Shown here piece after piece: positions 57,690 through 64,000 of a stretch of DNA of 64,000 nucleotides. The translations under genes were made by a program, and so were the position numbers. This DNA is from Oopsacas minuta. Its lineage: Eukaryota; Animalia; Porifera. The notes beneath the pieces are model-generated. The model saw only the letters and a program-made list of their open reading frames with translations. It ran no database searches and was not told the origin of the DNA. The stretch lies in contig JAKMXF010000300.1 in the NCBI GenBank assembly GCA_024704765.1, forward strand, positions 434,001 to 498,000, given 5' to 3'. Positions within the stretch are counted from its first letter, which is position 1. Every line of letters begins with the position of its first letter.

Positions 57690-59831
57690 TCAGAAAGCTA
57701 TAGCCTCAAGTAGGAAGCTGACTCCATTCACAAATCCGTCTGCTTCTACAGGAGTTTCTCTCAATGAATGATTAGACTTTGGATAAGTCAGAAGCTTCAC
57801 ATCTTTCCCTAAAGACCTCAGGAGTTTGTAGTAGGCCAGACCTTGACTATTAGGCACACGGCAATCTCTCTGACCAAGGTAAATCAATACGGAAGCCTGA
57901 ACCTCTTTAGCATAGATTATCGGAGATTTGCTGAGCATAGAATCCAGCACTTCACCCGTGATAATGGTGCTCTGAGTATACTCGTGTCCACAATTGAAAT
58001 AACACCAATCAGGTATGTCAGTTACTCCTACCATACTAGCTAGATTAGTAACAGGATTACGTATGACAGCTGCTCGGTATACTTTAGGGAATTGACCGAG
58101 TAGATGAGCAGCAATAAATCCGCCATGAGAGCCTCCAATACACACAACTTTATCAGGATCACATAATCCCTCTGATAGGATCTGCCCTACTGTCTTATGT
58201 ACGTCATCTACATCCTGACGACCTATCTTACCTGCAAGAGTTCTGATGGAAGCTCGGCTGTAACCTAGAGTCCCTCTAAAGTTGGGAACAACACAGAGCA
58301 TACCTAACCGAGCAATGGAAGATATCCACAGAGAGAACTGGGAGGTGCAGGGACTATAAGGACCACCATGTAGATACACTGCTAGAGGTGGTTTCTTATC
58401 TTTAGCCTGATCAAGTGGATGTACTAATATAGCGTCAATATGTTCAGAGGATTCAGAGACTATAAATTGCCTTATTTCCCATCTCAGGTCCTGAAACCTA
58501 CAAGAACTGTCAGATTTCGATACTTGGACCCACTGGCTTATGACACCATCATGAAATAATCCTACCATTAGTCGTGGACGGTTACTGGGAGTTGAAAAGG
58601 AGGCGAGGAGCAAATTCTGGAAGACATCGAACAGTTCCCAAGTACCAGGCTCTTTCGTCATCTGAGTGATCTTATGTTCTTGCAAACTTAGGGAATATAC
58701 ATCCTCAAAGGAGTTGTTAGAAGAGGATAGAAACATATGTGAGCAGTCAGCTGAGAAGCAATTTCTTGGTAATTTATAGCAGAATAATCCTCTGAATTCT
58801 GTTGCAGAAGAGTCAGGAGATTCAATGACAATATTCAACTGCTTAGTTTTCCAGTCTATTATCATTACCCTACACTCAGACAAATGAGGCCCGTCAGATG
58901 CCTGATCAAGATAAACCAAGAATTCTCTGTTAGGAGAGAACCTAGGAGAAAATGCTAGACGTCCGTCCTCACCTAACTTATCACAGAAACTACCATCAAT
59001 AGCTAAATGGAACAGATAACCAGTTCGGTTGTAGCAGGTTCTTAGCCCAAGCCTAAATGATTCAGTCTTAACTCCTACACAAACTATACTGTTATCGTCT
59101 GCAAGTATTGGTTGTCCGAGGCTATACTCTTCAGGGAGATTGCTAAGGACATGTACTTCCTCTTTGCTCCTATCTAGCACGAATATTTGAGGAGAACTAC
59201 ACTCCATCATTTGTTCCCCCCAATAATCTACAAAGTCATACTCGTGTCCTGGTGTAGTGTCCTCTTTGTAATCTGAGAAGTAGGGTCGGGATTTATTTCT
59301 CTTCTTTTCAGCTGTATAAACTATTTTGTCTTCTTCTAGTGACCAACAAATCCCGGAAAAGAAATCTCCAATACTAACATTACCGTGATACTTTAGGAAA
59401 TCAAAAGATTGAATACAACACTGCTGACTGTAAATTTGCAATATTTGTTTCTTATCTTTACCCTCTACTTCGTTTGGAGGTAGAATAACTGCTTGAAGTT
59501 TACCTGACGGAGATGGACACTCTAACACAGCCTGAGTCAGGGTTGGTAAGACAGAATTCTCTAAAGGTTCAATGCTAGTATGATTTAGTTCAAATTGCAA
59601 ACAAGTTTTGAATTTATCTTCTTCTAGAGTTATCAAGTTCTTTTGTCCCCAAGTAGCATTTACATTAAATAAACGCTGCGATTCATGAGCTGAATTGAGA
59701 GCGGATTTCTCTTTAGAGGGAGGGTCTGATTGAGAAAGGTACCCAGCTAGTATAGAAGGATGAGATACATACTCTTTGTAGATGTCCTTTGCTCTAGAAA
59801 CATAATCTTTATGGAGTACATCACTAGACAT
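57690..59831 (-). CDS. APEH: Acylamino-acid-releasing enzyme (S9C peptidase), intronless
   Basis: YTAEKKR.K, DYWGEQ, beta-propeller region, PLAVYLHGGP, NFRGTLGY, GGSHGG nucleophile, RNPVTNLASM.GVTDIPDW, G..DCRVP..QG and YPKSNHSL. Confidence 0.95.
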   Translation of the reverse strand: MSSDVLHKDYVSRAKDIYKEYVSHPSILAGYLSQSDPPSKEKSALNSAHESQRLFNVNATWGQKNLITLEEDKFKTCLQFELNHTSIEPLENSVLPTLTQAVLECPSPSGKLQAVILPPNEVEGKDKKQILQIYSQQCCIQSFDFLKYHGNVSIGDFFSGICWSLEEDKIVYTAEKKRNKSRPYFSDYKEDTTPGHEYDFVDYWGEQMMECSSPQIFVLDRSKEEVHVLSNLPEEYSLGQPILADDNSIVCVGVKTESFRLGLRTCYNRTGYLFHLAIDGSFCDKLGEDGRLAFSPRFSPNREFLVYLDQASDGPHLSECRVMIIDWKTKQLNIVIESPDSSATEFRGLFCYKLPRNCFSADCSHMFLSSSNNSFEDVYSLSLQEHKITQMTKEPGTWELFDVFQNLLLASFSTPSNRPRLMVGLFHDGVISQWVQVSKSDSSCRFQDLRWEIRQFIVSESSEHIDAILVHPLDQAKDKKPPLAVYLHGGPYSPCTSQFSLWISSIARLGMLCVVPNFRGTLGYSRASIRTLAGKIGRQDVDDVHKTVGQILSEGLCDPDKVVCIGGSHGGFIAAHLLGQFPKVYRAAVIRNPVTNLASMVGVTDIPDWCYFNCGHEYTQSTIITGEVLDSMLSKSPIIYAKEVQASVLIYLGQRDCRVPNSQGLAYYKLLRSLGKDVKLLTYPKSNHSLRETPVEADGFVNGVSFLLEAIAF

Positions 59832-60069
59832 TATAAATCTACAAGAAACAGATTCTCATGTTTTTAACACTAGATAGCATTACATTATGTACAAATTATA
59901 AAATTCTATGTAGCTTTATCTCTAAGGGCTCAGGATTAGAACAACTACTTAGGCCATTGGGTAACAGGATAACTATAGGATAGTGAAACTCAAAAAGTGG
60001 ATTATATAAAAACAACTTATACAAATTCTATATAGGAACGAGTGGAAGCAATTATTCATTGAGTTTGAA

Positions 60070-61323
60070 ATGGCAACAAATCAGAGTTACTCATCTGTTT
60101 CTGAAACTGAATTTCTTTTTGTTCAAATCCGTAGGAAGATTGAAGAGACATTTGACTCTCTTATTCATCTGATTAACCAGCGTAGAAACGGATTGCTTAC
60201 AGAACTAGACTCAATACAAAGGGAATATGAAGATAATTCTCATCAAATACAGAGCTCACTTAAGAAGCTAGCTAAAGACCATGAGGACATGAAGAGATTG
60301 TCCATATCTCTAGAAGCTGATATCGCTAAGGAGGGAATGAAGAAAACAATTGAAGGAATAAATTATAAGATTGAAGAAGAAGAGAACAAACTATACTCTC
60401 CAGACATTTCATTTAATTGTGAGACTAATGATCTAGAATGGAGAATTACTCATCTAGGGAACCTGGCTAGAGTCTCTGTACAGAAGTCACTGGTTAGAAG
60501 ATATACAGAGATTAAAAAGCCTTTGAAGAAGTTTGGTAGACGGGCGAGAGAGGATGGACAGAAAACTGGCAATAGTCCAAGAGGAGTTTGTATAGACTAT
60601 GTCAATGAGAGAATTGTGATTTCTGAAATATCAAACTCTGAGATTGAGATTTGGAGCTACGAAGGAGAGCTGATACAATCGTTTGGGAAAGAAGAGCTGG
60701 AAAGTCCTTGGGAATTGTGTCTAATCGATAACTCTTTGTTTGTAACGGATATTCATCTTGGTGCTATTCTAAAATTTAACATAATAAAGTGCTCATTTGA
60801 AGGAAGGACAAAAGTTAAGTATGGTAGGTATGGTAGTGAGCCGGGAGAACTGGCCTCTCCAGCTGGAATTGATAGTGAAGAGGATGAATTGTTTGTTATG
60901 GAATGTGAAAATAAGAGAATTTCCGTGTTTGACTTGAACCTTAAATTCAAGAGGGTAATAGGGTGCGGAATGATAGACAAGGGTCATGCCCTGAGGGTCA
61001 AACAATCAACAATTTTCTTGCTAGAAGATTCTGGCATCTTCAAATTATTCTCTGTTCTTACAGGTGATCTAGTCAAAATTACAAAGAAGAATAATCTATT
61101 CTCTAATTATGTGTATCATTTCTGTTTCGATCTGAATGGCAATTTCCTATTATCAGATCGAGACAAGAACAGTCTCTTCATTCTATCAGCTGAGGGTAAC
61201 TTACTGCACTCAATCAACACAGCTGAGTGGGAGTGCGAGTCTCCTTTCGGAATAGCAGTTTTGAAGGATGGACGTATCGTCATGAGTTTCCTGAATAGTG
61301 ACTTTAGTATTGTTATAATTTAA
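60070..61323 (+). CDS. Coiled-coil + NHL-repeat protein (TRIM-NHL-like, lacking RING/B-box), intronless
   Basis: BBC-like coiled coil (IRRKIEETFDSLIHLINQRRNGLLTEL), followed by NHL repeats SPRGVCID, ESPWELC, GELASPAGID and ESPFGIAV. Confidence 0.8.
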   Translation: MATNQSYSSVSETEFLFVQIRRKIEETFDSLIHLINQRRNGLLTELDSIQREYEDNSHQIQSSLKKLAKDHEDMKRLSISLEADIAKEGMKKTIEGINYKIEEEENKLYSPDISFNCETNDLEWRITHLGNLARVSVQKSLVRRYTEIKKPLKKFGRRAREDGQKTGNSPRGVCIDYVNERIVISEISNSEIEIWSYEGELIQSFGKEELESPWELCLIDNSLFVTDIHLGAILKFNIIKCSFEGRTKVKYGRYGSEPGELASPAGIDSEEDELFVMECENKRISVFDLNLKFKRVIGCGMIDKGHALRVKQSTIFLLEDSGIFKLFSVLTGDLVKITKKNNLFSNYVYHFCFDLNGNFLLSDRDKNSLFILSAEGNLLHSINTAEWECESPFGIAVLKDGRIVMSFLNSDFSIVII

Positions 61324-61412
61324 TGTTATTTGAATTGGACTAGATATATCTATATATGCGGAACTATTTATCAAATATTATTTCTAACAAATTTGTTGCT
61401 TATTAGAGACTC

Positions 61413-62924
61413 ATGGATCTCATACTTCATATCATACTCCTATCTTTCCGTCTCTCTAATGCTATTCTCTGTAAGACATCATTTGACCCAGACGAGTACT
61501 GGCAGGCTCTAGAGGTAGCACACAGACGGACATATGGCTACGGTTATCTAACATGGGAGTGGCATACTCAGCTACGATCCTACTTATTTCCTTATGTATT
61601 CGAGTGTTTATACCGTGTTATATCTTTCTTTGGTGAATTTGAATATTCGCGATTATTATTGATTCTGTGTCCCAGACTTCTGATGGCTGTATTAGCTTAT
61701 ATGACAGATGTTTATACATTCAAGATATGTCATATCTTATTCGGTAGAATGACAGCTGTCATATGTCTCTACTTACAAATCACTTCTTGGTTTATCTTTT
61801 ATGCCATTACACGTACTTTCATAAATAGTTTCGAAACCTTCCTGGTAGTGATAATCTTCTATCTCTTCTGTCAGCTGATGGTTGGGAATTACAGCATCAG
61901 AGATACAGGTCTAAGATTAGCTATGTTGCTAACATTAATAGGTTTGGTATGCTATTTGCGTCCTACTGCTGTTCCTTGTATTAGTCTGTATTTTATAGTT
62001 TTATACTTCTCCTCCTTATCAGTTTCTTATAAACTTATCCTGTCAATTGTAGTAACATTGATTCTCAGCTCAATTCTAATTTCTACTGAATCTCTTCTCT
62101 ACGGGAAACTAGCAATACCATTCTATAATTTTCTAAATGTAAACGTAGTCAGTGGTATAGCCAGTCTGTACGGTACACACTCTCTCCATTGGTATCTGAC
62201 ACAATGCTTACCTGTATTTCTGATAACTAATATCCCAGCATTTATTATAGGGATTATATTTGTGATAAAGGGTAGTCATCCTGTAGGAAATGAACATATA
62301 ATCATTAAATTGGCTCTTCTTGGTCTTATCTTGCTAAATCTGGTATTATTAAGTCCTGTACCTCACAAAGAATTCAGATTCTTATTACCTATGCTTCCAT
62401 TCTGTCACATTCTTACAGCTAAAGGAATATATGTTATTGACAATAATACCAGGAAGCACAGATTGATATCTTTATTCAAGAAATTACTACTTTTCCTCTC
62501 TCTATTACAGATCCCAATGTCTTTCTATTTCGGCTTTATCCACCAGAGAGGGGTTATCCGAGTTATGGACTACCTATACGGACATATCAGTGTTGAGGAT
62601 CAAGTTCTATTCTTGATGCCTTGCCACTCCACCCCGCTGTATTCACACATACACAAGAACGCTACACTACAATTTTTAGAATGTTCTCCACCACTTTACG
62701 AGCCTGTTGATAGGGCCAAACTGTTCTACAATAACGTGAACTCACAAACTGATAGTTTGCTTAGTAATGGCTACAGTTATGTTACTTGTTTCTCTACGCT
62801 CTCTGAGGAAATAAACGGGTTGTTGGCTAAGAAGGGATTCCAGAAAAAAGCTGAAATATTCCACACTCATCTTCCTGAAGGAAGAATAGGCTCATATGTA
62901 CATGTTTATAAGAAAATAGGATAA
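61413..62924 (+). CDS. PIGB: GPI mannosyltransferase 3
   Basis: TSFDPDEYWQALEVAH..TYGYGYLTWEW..QLRSY..P, TRTFINSFE, GTHSLHWY, SPVPHKEFRFLLP, HQRGV, FLMPCHSTPLYSHIH and LECSP. Confidence 0.97.
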   Translation: MDLILHIILLSFRLSNAILCKTSFDPDEYWQALEVAHRRTYGYGYLTWEWHTQLRSYLFPYVFECLYRVISFFGEFEYSRLLLILCPRLLMAVLAYMTDVYTFKICHILFGRMTAVICLYLQITSWFIFYAITRTFINSFETFLVVIIFYLFCQLMVGNYSIRDTGLRLAMLLTLIGLVCYLRPTAVPCISLYFIVLYFSSLSVSYKLILSIVVTLILSSILISTESLLYGKLAIPFYNFLNVNVVSGIASLYGTHSLHWYLTQCLPVFLITNIPAFIIGIIFVIKGSHPVGNEHIIIKLALLGLILLNLVLLSPVPHKEFRFLLPMLPFCHILTAKGIYVIDNNTRKHRLISLFKKLLLFLSLLQIPMSFYFGFIHQRGVIRVMDYLYGHISVEDQVLFLMPCHSTPLYSHIHKNATLQFLECSPPLYEPVDRAKLFYNNVNSQTDSLLSNGYSYVTCFSTLSEEINGLLAKKGFQKKAEIFHTHLPEGRIGSYVHVYKKIG

Positions 62925-63015
62925 TTGAGAAGATTAATATTTACGTACATATCTGTATAGTAATTCTATAAATTGTGTTTCATAACATTTGAACAGTCTT
63001 TAGCTATATATCTTA

Positions 63016-64000
63016 ATGGCGGCAAGATTCCCCTGGAGACAAGCAGCTACGCTAATTCTAGCAAAGAATAGCGAGGGTGTTTCCAGAGATATAACGGAAT
63101 TCAAAGAGAGACAATTGAAAGTTCTATACATAAAGAGAGCCACAAAAGCTAGCGATGTGTTTTCTAGCCTTCACACATTTCCAGGGGGTACATTGGACTC
63201 AGCTGATATATCAGATAAATGGTGGCGTATATACGAGAGGTTAAGTTCTAAGCTGGGACTAGCATCTGTTCACAAGTTATTTGGTTCTACTTTAAGATTT
63301 GACAATGAATTATTGCTGTATAAGCAAGCCGGTGAGCATGAAGGAAGGATGCCTGCTCATATTGCATTTAGGATATGTGCTATTAGAGAGTTATTCGAAG
63401 AGACTGGTTTATTGCTCTGTCTTGGGATGGAGAAATTAAATTGGTTGGAATTCTCTATATCGTGTAAGGAAGGTTCAACTCATTTCAATCAAGTTAGTAA
63501 CTTGTCAGAATGGAGAGAGTTAGTACACAATAATGCTAACAGGTTTATAGATCTATGTTCTGAGTACAATTGTGTGCCTAATGTGTGGAGTCTGGTAGAA
63601 TGGTCTAACTGGTTGACGCCAGCCTTCCTATCCAAGAGATGGGATACTGTATTCTACTATGCTACCATGAAATATGGCTATTCTCCCTCAGCAGACAATG
63701 TAAGTGAATTATGTAATATAATATTAACTATCTTTGACAGCAATCAACTTATAGATGGAAGTGAGCAGTGTAGACTGGTTAGAACCTATAGAAGTTCTAC
63801 AGAGAGCAAGCAAGGGGGAACTAAGCATAGCAATACCTACTGCTTATGAATCCAGTCGTATCAACAGATTCTATGGCGTAGAAATGCTAGACAGGTTTGC
63901 TCGTTGGAGAGTAGAGAATTATTCTTGTAGCAGACTATCACCTGTGATTATTGTGGCTAGTAGTGAGATGTTTGTTACAACATTTCCAAAAGACAATTTT
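63016..64000 (+). CDS. NUDT19: NUDT19-like acyl-CoA diphosphatase (Nudix), 3' end beyond window
   Basis: WRQAATLILA, HTFPGG.LDSAD, FRICAIRELFEETGLLL, W..LV..N..RFIDLC, LVEWSNWLTP and RWDTVFY. Intron 63700-63754 leads into MEVSSVDWLEP. Confidence 0.9.

Noticed and set aside
1-64000. CRISPR arrays, rRNA, intact transposases, prokaryotic operons or in-frame Sec UGA codons
   Set aside because: I saw none. All frame breaks I examined are explained by short GT-AG introns.

Overview
This is a gene-dense eukaryotic, metazoan-type window with about 28 protein-coding genes and one tRNA-Glu(TTC). Introns are short GT-AG introns (the ones I measured are 51-62 nt) and most intergenic gaps are under 300 bp. 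The gene set is animal-like (PTPN13, IRS-type adaptor, Ig receptor, MANF, p101). The compactness suggests a non-bilaterian such as a glass sponge, but that is inference and not verified. Gene order: SERINC, divergent G-beta, membrane beta-lactamase-fold hydrolase, PTPN13-like, EF-hand protein, tRNA-Glu, tetraspanin, KLHDC1/2-like, synergin-gamma, SUGT1, PIK3R5/p101-like, mitochondrial-type EF-Tu, EDEM3, Ig receptor, PH-PTB adaptor, POP1, AGBL2/3-like, NF-YC, MANF, unknown protein, SART1, an inverted pair of ankyrin/PP1-regulator genes, GPN3, EXOSC5, APEH, coiled-coil-NHL, PIGB and NUDT19 (truncated by the window end). The strongest oddities are: (1) an EF-Tu whose domain II aminoacyl pocket looks SelB-like; (2) at least 15 exact TGACGTCA and 19 TCAGCTGA palindromes, against about 1 of each expected; (3) a PTPN13-like phosphatase that has lost its KNRY tyrosine and WPD aspartate; (4) an inverted gene pair with a 376-bp perfectly identical tract ending at the stop codon; (5) a p101 homologue, plus a G-beta with an eroded effector hot spot. 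All family assignments come from remembered motifs, with no database searches. Multi-exon coordinates are gene spans.
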